A stretch of DNA of 64,000 nucleotides from Acidimicrobiia bacterium (GTDB lineage: Bacteria > Actinomycetota > Acidimicrobiia > Spongiisociales > ZC4RG35). A program made the position numbers and the translations under genes. The stretch spans positions 9,652 through 73,651 of the forward strand of contig JBBDHV010000031.1 in NCBI GenBank assembly GCA_040880725.1, read 5' to 3'. The first letter of the stretch is position 1. The number at the start of each line of letters is the position of its first letter. The notes beneath the pieces are model-generated. The model did no database searches. It was not told the origin of the DNA and saw only the letters and a program-made list of their open reading frames with translations. Positions 9,562 to 18,238 of this stretch are shown here, piece by piece.

Positions 9562-9888
9562 ATGAACCGCCCACCCAACATGCAGCAGATCATGAAGCAG
9601 GCCCAGCAGATGCAGGAGCAGATGATGACGGCCCAGGCTGAGCTGGCCGACATGACGTTCGAGGGGACCGCCGGCGGGGGCGTGGTGAAGGCGACCGTCA
9701 AGGGCTCCAACGAGCTGGTCGCCGTGGAGATCGCAGCCGACGTGATCGACCCGTCGGATCCGGAAATGCTGCAGGATCTGGTCGTGGCGGCGGTGAACGG
9801 TGCGATGCGCGCCGCATCCGAAGCGGCCGAAGAGCAAATGGGTGGACTCGCCGGCGGGCTCGGAGGCCTGGGCGGTCTGCTCGGCTGA
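9562..9888 (+). CDS. ybaB: Nucleoid-associated protein YbaB/EbfC
   Basis: MNRPPNMQQIMKQAQQMQEQMM...VKATVKGSNELV, typical of the YbaB family. Positioned between dnaX and recR. Confidence 0.9.
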   Translation: MNRPPNMQQIMKQAQQMQEQMMTAQAELADMTFEGTAGGGVVKATVKGSNELVAVEIAADVIDPSDPEMLQDLVVAAVNGAMRAASEAAEEQMGGLAGGLGGLGGLLG

Positions 9889-10481
9889 TGTACGAAGGCC
9901 CGCTCCAGCGCGTAGTCGACGAGCTGTCACGACTCCCGGGCATCGGTGGCAAATCTGCCCAGCGCATCGCCTTTCACCTTCTCAGCATCGCCGACGAGGA
10001 TGCTCGTCGTTTGGGTCAGGCAGTGCTCGACCTGCGTGATCAGGTCCGCCACTGCCGCCGCTGCTTCAACGTCACCGTGTCCGACGAGTGCACCATCTGT
10101 CGCGACGCCCGGCGGGACACGGCCGTGGTCTGCGTCGTGGAACGGCCCCAGGACATCATCGTCGTGGAGAAGACCCAGGAGTATCGGGGCCTCTATCACG
10201 TGCTGGGAGGATCACTCTCTCCCATCAACGGGATCGGCCCTGATCAGCTGCGCATCCCCGAGCTTCGCCAGAGGGTGTCCCAGGAGACCCTCACAGAGAT
10301 GATCATCGCCACGAATCCCACGATGGAAGGCGACGCCACCGCGATGTACCTGGCGAAGGAGTTCAAACCGAAGGGTCTGCGCGTGAGCCGCCTCGCCAGC
10401 GGACTTCCCGTCGGCGGGGACCTGGATTACGCCGACGAACTCACCCTCGGCCGCGCCCTCGTCGGACGCATGGAGATGTAG
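9888..10481 (+). CDS. recR: Recombination protein RecR
   Basis: C4 zinc finger CRRC...CTIC, Toprim region, and LASGLPVGGDLDYAD at the C-terminus. Confidence 0.95.
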   Translation: MYEGPLQRVVDELSRLPGIGGKSAQRIAFHLLSIADEDARRLGQAVLDLRDQVRHCRRCFNVTVSDECTICRDARRDTAVVCVVERPQDIIVVEKTQEYRGLYHVLGGSLSPINGIGPDQLRIPELRQRVSQETLTEMIIATNPTMEGDATAMYLAKEFKPKGLRVSRLASGLPVGGDLDYADELTLGRALVGRMEM

Positions 10482-10490
10482 CCAACTCGG

Positions 10491-11561
10491 ATGCGCGTCC
10501 TGCTCATCGAGCCGTACTTCGGAGGCTCCCATCGGGTGTGGGCGGAGGGATACGCTGCTGCCTCAGGTCACGAAGTGACGATCGTGAGTCACGCCGCCCG
10601 CGGGTGGACCTGGCGCATGCGCGGCGCCGCGGTGACGCTTGCCCGCCAAGTGGCAGAGCTCGCCTCGACCGGGTATCGACCGGATGTGGTCCTGGTCTCG
10701 TCCATGGTGGACGTCGCGGCCCTGCGAACCTTCCTTCACCCCTCGATCGGCCGACCACCGCTCGCGGTGTACTTCCACGAGAACCAGCTCACCTATCCCA
10801 TCGGTCCGCGGCAGAAGCCCGATGCGTCCTTCGCGTTGCTCAACTGGACGTCCGCGCTCTCGGCCGACCGCGTCTACTTCAACAGCGGCTACCACCACGA
10901 TGTCTTCTTCGCCGAGATCCGCCGACTGCTCGAGAGCTTCCCGGACCACACGCACGCCGGGTTCGTCGGCGAGGTCGAGGAGCGTTCGGCGGTGCTCCCC
11001 GTTGGTGTCGATTTGCATTGGGCGTCCGCGCAGCCTTCACGAAGCGGGACGCCGCTCGTGCTCTGGAACCATCGATGGGAACACGACAAGGATCCTGAGT
11101 CGTTCGCCGACGGAATCCGGGCGGTCGCCGAGACCCACCGTTTCCGTTTGGCGCTCGCCGGGGAGCGGTTCGGAACCGTTCCCGGCGTACTCGACGAGGT
11201 GGCATCCGAGATGGCCGACCGCATCGAGGTGAACGACCACCTCGATGTCGACGGGTATCGGGCGCTGCTGCTTCGCAGTGACATCGTCGTGAGCACCGCC
11301 CTGCAGGAGTTCTTCGGCATCAGCGTCGTCGAAGCGATCGCTGCCGGCGCCCGGCCCGTGTTGCCGCGTCGGCTGTCCTACCCATGGCTGATCCCGGAGA
11401 GCCATCATGAGTCCGTGCTGTATGAACCAGGGGCCTTCGCTTCGGCGTTGCGAATCGCCCTCGATCATCCGTATGCGCCCGACGGTCTCCGCTCATCGAT
11501 GTCGACGTTCGACTGGAGCGTGATTGCGCCACGGTATGACGCCGCCCTGGAGGTCTTGTGA
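10491..11561 (+). CDS. DUF3524 + GT1-family glycosyltransferase (homolog of the eukaryotic GTDC1 tRNA-queuosine mannosyltransferase family)
   Basis: N-terminus MRVLLIEPYFGGSHRVWAEGY and a C-terminal GT-B motif EFFGISVVEAIAAG. Family assignment is from memory of the DUF3524 architecture. Confidence 0.65.
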   Translation: MRVLLIEPYFGGSHRVWAEGYAAASGHEVTIVSHAARGWTWRMRGAAVTLARQVAELASTGYRPDVVLVSSMVDVAALRTFLHPSIGRPPLAVYFHENQLTYPIGPRQKPDASFALLNWTSALSADRVYFNSGYHHDVFFAEIRRLLESFPDHTHAGFVGEVEERSAVLPVGVDLHWASAQPSRSGTPLVLWNHRWEHDKDPESFADGIRAVAETHRFRLALAGERFGTVPGVLDEVASEMADRIEVNDHLDVDGYRALLLRSDIVVSTALQEFFGISVVEAIAAGARPVLPRRLSYPWLIPESHHESVLYEPGAFASALRIALDHPYAPDGLRSSMSTFDWSVIAPRYDAALEVL

Positions 11562-12208
11562 TCCGACATGTCGTCTGGGACTGGAACGGAACCCTCTTCG
11601 ATGACTTCCACCTCGTGGTCGACGCGGTCAACGTTGGTATCGCACCGATCGGCATCGGTCCGATCACCGCCGACGACTACCGGACGCACTACACGCGCCC
11701 GGTGAAGCTGTTCTATGAGCGACTTGCGAAGAGACCGATCAGCGACGCCGAATGGCGCGACCTCGATCGGCGATTCCATGACGCGTACCGCGAGCGCGTT
11801 CTGACAGCTGGACTGTCTCGGGACGCCCACGAAGCGCTGGTTGCCGTCACGGAGGTGCCGGCGGACCAGTCACTGCTTTCGATGTTCCCCCACACCGAAC
11901 TCCTGCCGCTCGTGGACCGGCTCGGCGTGACGTCGTTCTTCCGCCGAATCGACGGTCTCCGGGGCGAACCGGGAGCGCAGAAGGCGATGTTTCTCGAAGC
12001 GCATCTCAAGGAGCTGATGCGGCATGAGGATCCGGGGTCGGTGTTGCTGATCGGCGACGCGACGGACGACGCGCGGGCGGCGGCCCATGTCGGAGCAGCC
12101 GCAGTGCTGGTGGACAACGGCTCCCATCATCGGGGCGGACTCGATGCGATGGGCGTACCCGTCGCCTCCACGCTGATCGAAGCCCTCCGAATGGGTGGCT
12201 TGGCATGA
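11558..12208 (+). CDS. HAD-family hydrolase (phosphoglycolate-phosphatase-like)
   Basis: Motif I VVWDWNGTLFDD and motif IV LLIGDATDD. 4-nt overlap with the upstream glycosyltransferase. Confidence 0.7.
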   Translation: MIRHVVWDWNGTLFDDFHLVVDAVNVGIAPIGIGPITADDYRTHYTRPVKLFYERLAKRPISDAEWRDLDRRFHDAYRERVLTAGLSRDAHEALVAVTEVPADQSLLSMFPHTELLPLVDRLGVTSFFRRIDGLRGEPGAQKAMFLEAHLKELMRHEDPGSVLLIGDATDDARAAAHVGAAAVLVDNGSHHRGGLDAMGVPVASTLIEALRMGGLA

Positions 12209-12251
12209 AGTGGTTGGACGGTGCCGTTGCCCGTGGCACCATCCGACGACC

Positions 12252-12719
12252 GTGAAGTACTGGCTCATCAAGTCCGAACCCGATGCGTATTCGATCGACG
12301 ACCTCGAGCGCGACAGCGTCGAGCACTGGGACGGCATTCGCAACTATCAGGCGCGCAACATCATGCGTGACGAGATGACGGTGGGGGACCGGGTTCTCTT
12401 CCATCACTCGAATGCCAAACCTCCGGGCATCGTCGGCATCGCCGAGGTCGCGAGCGAGCCGTATCCCGATCACACGCAGTTCGATCCGAAATCGAACTAC
12501 TTCGATGAGACGTCCGACCCCGATGATCCGCGCTGGATCATGGTCGACATGAAGTTCGTGGAGAAGTTTCCGCGCATGGTGGGCCTCCCCGAACTTCGGG
12601 AGCATGCCGCGCTGGCCGACATGGTGCTCCTGAACCGGAGTCGGCTCTCGGTCCAACCGGTGACGAAGAAGCACTTCGACTACATCGTCAAGCTGGCGGC
12701 CAAGCCACCGCCCAGCTGA
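12252..12719 (+). CDS. EVE (PUA-like) domain protein
   Basis: VKYWLIKSEPDAYSIDDLERD...WDGIRNYQARNIMRDEM...VLFHHS is the characteristic EVE/THYN1 pattern. GTG at 12252 chosen; the ORF-track start at 12195 overlaps the HAD gene. Confidence 0.75.
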   Translation: MKYWLIKSEPDAYSIDDLERDSVEHWDGIRNYQARNIMRDEMTVGDRVLFHHSNAKPPGIVGIAEVASEPYPDHTQFDPKSNYFDETSDPDDPRWIMVDMKFVEKFPRMVGLPELREHAALADMVLLNRSRLSVQPVTKKHFDYIVKLAAKPPPS

Positions 12720-12739
12720 GTCCGACGGAGAGTTCCGGC

Positions 12740-13726
12740 TCAGCCGTATTCGACGCTCGAGAGCGTGCCGAGCTTGTCCAGGTTGTGGAAGGCGTCCATG
12801 TAGCGGATGGATCCCGTCTTCGAGCGCATCATCACCGAGTGGGTGATCGCTCCGTCGCCATGGAACGCGACGCCCTTCAGGAACTCGCCGCCGGTGATGC
12901 CCGTGGCCGCAAACGAGACGTTGCTCCCGCCGACGAGGTCGTTGGTCCCCATCACCCTGCCGAGGTCGTAGCCGTTCTCTTCGGCATAGTCCCGGTCGGC
13001 GTCATCCCGCGCCCAGAGCCGGCATTGGATCTCGCCACCCATGCATCGCATCGCTGCCGCGGCGAGCACCGCCTCCGGGGAACCACCGATTCCGAGGAGC
13101 ATGTCGATGCCCGCACCTTCTCGTCCTGTGGCGATCGCGCCTGACACATCACCGTCCCGGATCAACCGGATGCGGGCTCCCGCGCGACGCACCGCGTCGA
13201 TGTGCGGCTGGTTGCGGGGACGTTCGAGAATGATGACGGTCAGGTCGTTGACGTCGCTCGACTGCGCCCTGGCCACGGCGGCGAGGTTGTGTTCGATGGG
13301 TGCGTCCAGGTCGATGACCCCGCGAGCTTGCGGACCGACGGCGATCTTCTCCATGTAGACCATCGAGTTGGGCGAGAACATCGTGCCGCGTTCTGCGACA
13401 GCGAGCACCGCCAACGCACCGGGCATTCCGGATGCAACGAGGCGGGTGCCTTCCACCGGGTCGACGGCGATGTCGACCTCCTGGCCTTGGCCGTTACCAA
13501 CCCGCTCACCGTTGTGGAGCATCGGCGCCTCGTCCTTCTCGCCTTCACCGATGACGACGATGCCGTCGAGGTCGAGGGTGCCGAGGTGGGCGCGCATGCC
13601 GTCCACAGCGGCTTTGTCAGCGGCCTCCTTGTCGCCGCGGCCCTGCCAACGGGCGGCGGCCATGGCGGCAGTCTCGGTGACACGCGCCAGGTCCAGTCCG
13701 AGGTTGCGGTCGGGAATCTCAGCCAT
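12740..13726 (-). CDS. glpX: Class II fructose-1,6-bisphosphatase
   Basis: 328 aa collinear with GlpX (LDLARVTETAAMAAARWQGRGDK...IGEGEKDEAPML...). Confidence 0.9.
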   Translation of the reverse strand: MAEIPDRNLGLDLARVTETAAMAAARWQGRGDKEAADKAAVDGMRAHLGTLDLDGIVVIGEGEKDEAPMLHNGERVGNGQGQEVDIAVDPVEGTRLVASGMPGALAVLAVAERGTMFSPNSMVYMEKIAVGPQARGVIDLDAPIEHNLAAVARAQSSDVNDLTVIILERPRNQPHIDAVRRAGARIRLIRDGDVSGAIATGREGAGIDMLLGIGGSPEAVLAAAAMRCMGGEIQCRLWARDDADRDYAEENGYDLGRVMGTNDLVGGSNVSFAATGITGGEFLKGVAFHGDGAITHSVMMRSKTGSIRYMDAFHNLDKLGTLSSVEYG

Positions 13727-14904
13727 CAGTTCACCTTCACGATCAGTGCGTCACCCTGTCCACCACCACCGCAGAGCGTGGCGGCTCCGATGCCGCCGCC
13801 CCGGGCGCGCAGTGCGCTGATGAGTGTCACGACGAGTCTCGTCCCCGTGCACCCGATCGGGTGTCCGAGTGCCACGGCTCCGCCGTTGACATTCACCTTG
13901 TCCTCATCGATGTCGAGCATGCGGGCCGACCACAGGGCGACGGCGGCGAACGCCTCGTTGATCTCCACCAGGTCGAGGTCCGAGGGTTCCATGCCGGCCT
14001 TCTTCAGCGCGATGCGCAGTGCCTCGGCGGGACGCTCGTGCAGCGTGGCATCGACACCCCCGATCTGTCCGTACGACACGATCTCGGCGAGAATCGGGCC
14101 GCCGGTGGCTTCCGCCGCTGCCCGGTCCGCCACGATCACCGCCGCAGCACCGTCGGAAACCTGTGACGCGTTTCCCGCTGTGATGGTTCCGTCACCAACG
14201 AAAGCGGGCCGCAGATTCGCCAGCGCGTCGGCAGTGGATTCCGGCCGCACCCCCTCGTCGACCGTGACCTCGACCGGCTCACCTTTTCGCTGGGGGACGG
14301 AGACGGGAACGATCTCGTCGGAGAATGCGCCCGATGCTGTGGCGGCCGCCGCCCGTGCATGCGAGCGGGCCGACCACTCGTCCTGTTCTCCCCGGCTGAT
14401 CCCGAGGTGGGCGTTCTTGCGGTCCGAAGACTCGCCCATCGTGCAGTGGTCGAAGGCGCAGAACAGTCCGTCGTGGGTCATCACGTCCACCATCGTTGCC
14501 TCGCCGGCGCGCACACCCCAGCGCAGCTCACGGAGCACGTGCGGCGCATTCGACATCGACTCCATGCCACCGGCGACGGCGAACGTGGTATCTCCGGTCG
14601 CCACCGCCCGATCGGCGAGCCCGATCGCGGCGAGCCCGGACAGACAGACCTTGTTGACGGTGAGAGAAGGCACCGTCATGGGCAGTCCGCCTCGAACGGC
14701 GGCCTGTCGGGCGGTGATCTGGCCTTCGCCTGCTTGCAGCACGTGTCCGAAGATGACCTCGTCGATCGCCCCAGCGTCGGTGCCGGACCGCGACATGGCG
14801 GCCGAGATGGCGTGTCCGCCGAGCTCGACGGCACGCAGGGGGGCCAGCCCTCCCCCGTATTTTCCGATCGGAGTCCGGGCCAAGCCGGTGATGACTGCAC
14901 TCAT
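13726..14904 (-). CDS. Acetyl-CoA C-acetyltransferase (thiolase)
   Basis: Start at MSAVITGLARTPIGKYGG (cat 14902-14904). Active-site NKVCLSGL and C-terminal CGGGGQGDALIV. Confidence 0.9.
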   Translation of the reverse strand: MSAVITGLARTPIGKYGGGLAPLRAVELGGHAISAAMSRSGTDAGAIDEVIFGHVLQAGEGQITARQAAVRGGLPMTVPSLTVNKVCLSGLAAIGLADRAVATGDTTFAVAGGMESMSNAPHVLRELRWGVRAGEATMVDVMTHDGLFCAFDHCTMGESSDRKNAHLGISRGEQDEWSARSHARAAAATASGAFSDEIVPVSVPQRKGEPVEVTVDEGVRPESTADALANLRPAFVGDGTITAGNASQVSDGAAAVIVADRAAAEATGGPILAEIVSYGQIGGVDATLHERPAEALRIALKKAGMEPSDLDLVEINEAFAAVALWSARMLDIDEDKVNVNGGAVALGHPIGCTGTRLVVTLISALRARGGGIGAATLCGGGGQGDALIVKVN

Positions 14905-14935
14905 GTCTCTGAGACTATCCACCAAACCAAACCGC

Positions 14936-15018
14936 GGGCCCAGGACACCACTGGGTGTCGTCACGAACCCAGGGTTCCAGACGACACTGGGGGTAGTCCT
15001 GGGCCCACGGTTCGGCGA
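14936..15018. repeat. Dispersed intergenic palindromic element, best copy
   Basis: Nested inverted repeats: GGGCCCAGGAC...GTCCTGGGCCC (11 bp) encloses GTGTCGTC...GACGACAC (8 bp), which encloses the core GAACCCAGGGTTC (14965-14977). GCCCACGGTTCG begins 31 nt after the start of GGGTTC. Lies between divergent thiolase and mce. Confidence 0.65.
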
Positions 15019-15049
15019 TGGGGGAGGGTCGCGGCTTGAATCCGTGACG

Positions 15050-15457
15050 ATGAAACTCTTGAACCTCGACCACACGGCCATCGCGGTGCGGGATCTCGAT
15101 GCGGCGATCGCCGGCTACGACGACCGCTACCGCGTGCGTCCCCTGTACCGGGAGACCGTCGAGTCCCAGGGGGTCGAGGAGGCGATGATCCCTGTCGGTG
15201 GATCGTTCATCCAGCTGCTCTGTCCGCTGTCACCCGACACCCCGGTGGGGCGGTTTCTGGAACGCAACGGCGAGGGGCTGCATCACGTGGCGTTCGCGGT
15301 CGTGGACATCGAAGCCGCCCTCGCCCATCTGGAGTCACGGGGAACTGCGCTCATCGACCATCATCCGCGACTGGGCGGCCGCGGGGCACGTATCGCCTTC
15401 GTCCATCCGAAGGATCTGGCCGGTACGCTCGTGGAACTCGTGGAGCCGCATGCCTGA
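15050..15457 (+). CDS. mce: Methylmalonyl-CoA epimerase (VOC family)
   Basis: MKLLNLDHTAIAVRDLDAAIAGYDDRY...GLHHVAFAVVDIEAAL. This is the terminal part of the long artefactual ORF 13202..15457. Confidence 0.85.
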   Translation: MKLLNLDHTAIAVRDLDAAIAGYDDRYRVRPLYRETVESQGVEEAMIPVGGSFIQLLCPLSPDTPVGRFLERNGEGLHHVAFAVVDIEAALAHLESRGTALIDHHPRLGGRGARIAFVHPKDLAGTLVELVEPHA

Positions 15458-15677
15458 GATCACCGACATCCAGATTCGTGGCGGCATCGGACCGTATGAG
15501 GCTGCGGCGATCGCGGCAGTGATACGTCAGAGCCTCATCGCCGAGGAGATCGCCAGGTCGCGCCCGCCTCAGGAGCGCCGGCCGCCGGCCTGGGTCCGAA
15601 TCGGGATGCAGACGCCGCTGGGCCGTTTCGACCCGCCCACGCTGCCCGACCCTGGCAGGAACTGGCCGGAGCCCTGA
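15450..15677 (+). CDS. Possible acyl-CoA carboxylase epsilon subunit-like small protein
   Basis: 75 aa with ATGCCTGA overlap on the mce stop. The pattern IQIRGG..YEAAAIAAVIRQ followed by a Pro/Arg/Trp-rich tail resembles AccE/PccE-type proteins. Assignment rests on pattern recall only. Confidence 0.5.
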   Translation: MPEITDIQIRGGIGPYEAAAIAAVIRQSLIAEEIARSRPPQERRPPAWVRIGMQTPLGRFDPPTLPDPGRNWPEP

Positions 15678-15723
15678 TGCGATGTCGTAGATTGCGGCAT
15701 CCAGATCCGATCGGAGGTCCCTC

Positions 15724-16746
15724 GTGACGTCATCGTTCCCTGAAGCTCCCACCGGCGCGTTCGGCACGGTATTCGCGGACTCGATGGCCGTGGCGACGTG
15801 GAAGGACGGCGCGTGGTCCGAGCCTGCGGTGCAGCCGACGCAACCCTTCTCCTTCCACCCTGCCACTCATGTGCTCCACTACGGAAGCGCCTGTTTCGAG
15901 GGGCTGAAAGCTCATCGCGGATCCGACGGCCGTGTACGGGTGTTCCGAGCCGACGCCCACGCCCGACGGATGGTGACGAGCGCGGACATCCTTCGTCTGC
16001 CTGTCCCGCCGACCGAGATGATCGAGGACATGATCTTGTCGACCGTCGCCGTCAACCAGGATGCGGTCCCCGTGTCCCCGGGTTCGCTCTACCTGCGTCC
16101 GACACTCATCGGTACCGAAGCGAACATCGGGGCGGCGGCTGTGCCCAGCAAGGAGGCTCTGCTCTTCGTGCTGGCTTCGCCGGTCGGCGACTATTTCAAG
16201 GGCGGCGACCGGGCACTCAAAATCGCCATCGAGCAGGATCAGCCCCGGTCGACTCCCACCTTCGGGAAGGTGAAGAGCGGAGCCAACTACGTGATGGCAC
16301 TCGGCATCACGATGGATCGCCGCGAGGAGTACGGAATCGATCAGGTGCTGTTTGCTCCCGGCGGCGAAGTCCAGGAGACGGGGGCGTCGAACTTCATGCT
16401 CATCGATTCGGAACGAATCGTCACGCCGCAACTGACCGAGAGCTTCCTGCATGGAGTCACCCGTGACTCCATTCTGGAGCTGGGCCGCGACCTCGGATAC
16501 GACGTCGAGGAACGGTCGCTGACCGTGGCCGATGTCGTCGAGTGGGCATCGCGGCCTGAGGCCGAAGCCGCCCTCACCGGGACGGCTGCGGTGCTGGCGG
16601 CGGTGGGCACCCTCGTCATCGACGGTGAAGAGATTCCGGTCGGGTCGGGCGCGGCGGGCTCAAATGCGACACGTCTGCGTGCCGCGCTGCGGGACATTCA
16701 TCTCGGCACAGCCGAGGATCGTCACGGCTGGCTCAGCGAGATCTGA
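15724..16746 (+). CDS. ilvE: Branched-chain amino acid aminotransferase
   Basis: 340 aa with YGSACFEGLKAHR and class IV PLP aminotransferase collinearity. Confidence 0.9.
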   Translation: MTSSFPEAPTGAFGTVFADSMAVATWKDGAWSEPAVQPTQPFSFHPATHVLHYGSACFEGLKAHRGSDGRVRVFRADAHARRMVTSADILRLPVPPTEMIEDMILSTVAVNQDAVPVSPGSLYLRPTLIGTEANIGAAAVPSKEALLFVLASPVGDYFKGGDRALKIAIEQDQPRSTPTFGKVKSGANYVMALGITMDRREEYGIDQVLFAPGGEVQETGASNFMLIDSERIVTPQLTESFLHGVTRDSILELGRDLGYDVEERSLTVADVVEWASRPEAEAALTGTAAVLAAVGTLVIDGEEIPVGSGAAGSNATRLRAALRDIHLGTAEDRHGWLSEI

Positions 16747-18238
16747 GGAGTCGCCTCGCCAGCGCGGGTATCTCTTGGATTCCCAGTAGGTGACCGGCGA
16801 CCGCGAACGTGACGAGCGAGGCTGCGGTGGCGGCGACCGGGTTCACACCGACCAGCGCGACCGCGACACCGGCGGACAGCAGGACCGCCCCACCAAGGCG
16901 CATCGTGAAGAGTCCCATCGTCCTGCGTTCACCCGTCGGTGCGTCCCGGTACCACGCCAGGGAGATCGCCAGGGCGTACGTGCCCACTGCGCCGGCGGAG
17001 ACCGCGGCGATGCCGGTCCCGTCCCCTGCGACGAGGAACAACAAAGGGACGGTGACTGCGGTGACTGCGGTGCCGATGATCACGGGAACCCACATCCTGC
17101 GCGTCGCGTAGAACGCCCTGGTCACCACCTGGTGAGCCACCCAGAAGGGTGTGGCCGTGGCGTACACCGCGAGGAGCGATGCGACGACCGCCGTGTCCGA
17201 AGCGGTGAACGCACCCCATTGGAGGGCGAGTCGCACCCACACCGGTGACAGCACGACCACGACGACGGTGACGGGTACCGCCACGACCATCCCAACCCGC
17301 ATCGACCGGTCCACCGTTTCCCGCAGGCCCGCGTTGTCGCCTCGGGCAGCGAGGCCGGCGAGGAACGGATACGCGGCGACTCCCGCCGCCTGGGCGATGA
17401 CGCCGACGGGGAGCATCATGAGTCGCCGGGCGTACTGCAGTCCTGCGGTGGTCCCGTCGGGGCCGAACTGCCCGAAGGCCCGCGGCCACTGCTCGTCGAG
17501 GGCGATCACGGTTTGTCCGACCATGAGCGGAACGGCCAACGTCAGGTACTCGCGTACGGCTGGATCCCCCGCTCGGGGCTGCGTGAAACGGAGCCCCAAC
17601 CGACGCGCCCCCCACCACTGCAGCCCGAACGAACCCACCAACGCCCCGACGATCCCGCCGACCAGGAAGGCTTCCGGATTCGGCGGGCCAGTGAGTTGTC
17701 CGATTACTCCCCCGAGGATTATTCCGGCGTTGTAGATGATCGGTCCGAGGGTGGGGATCAGGAAGCGGCGATGGGTGAACTGCACCGCCGAGAAGAGTGC
17801 GCCGAGCGCGAACAGCACCTGGAGCACGAGGGCCAGCCGTGTCATCGTCACGAGACGATCGGCGGTCTCGCCGGTCACCTCGGGAAAGACGAGGTCCACG
17901 AGAGCCGAAGTCGCGAGCGCGGCAACCAGTGTGACTGCGCCGAGGATGACGGCGACGGCGCGGAAGACGGCGGTGAACGCCTGATTCCGCCCCGCATCGT
18001 CGCCCTTCTCGACCCGGGTGGCGAGGATCGGGATGAGGGTGATCGAGAGGAATCCCCCCGCGACGAGGTAGAACGCGAAGTCCGGGATCGTGAAGGCGTA
18101 CTGGTAGAGGTCGGCCTCGGCGCTTCGCCCGAGGATCACCGCCATCGTCAGGTCTCTCCCGAAACCCAGCACCCGGGATAGCAGCACTCCGCCGGCGACG
18201 ATCGCCGCTGCGGTCCCGATGCGGGAGGAGCCGCTCAT
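16733..18238 (-). CDS. murJ: Lipid II flippase MurJ (MviN family)
   Basis: 501 aa, about 14 TM segments, N-terminus ...LLSRVLGFGRD typical of MurJ. Confidence 0.8.
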   Translation of the reverse strand: MSGSSRIGTAAAIVAGGVLLSRVLGFGRDLTMAVILGRSAEADLYQYAFTIPDFAFYLVAGGFLSITLIPILATRVEKGDDAGRNQAFTAVFRAVAVILGAVTLVAALATSALVDLVFPEVTGETADRLVTMTRLALVLQVLFALGALFSAVQFTHRRFLIPTLGPIIYNAGIILGGVIGQLTGPPNPEAFLVGGIVGALVGSFGLQWWGARRLGLRFTQPRAGDPAVREYLTLAVPLMVGQTVIALDEQWPRAFGQFGPDGTTAGLQYARRLMMLPVGVIAQAAGVAAYPFLAGLAARGDNAGLRETVDRSMRVGMVVAVPVTVVVVVLSPVWVRLALQWGAFTASDTAVVASLLAVYATATPFWVAHQVVTRAFYATRRMWVPVIIGTAVTAVTVPLLFLVAGDGTGIAAVSAGAVGTYALAISLAWYRDAPTGERRTMGLFTMRLGGAVLLSAGVAVALVGVNPVAATAASLVTFAVAGHLLGIQEIPALARRLLRSR

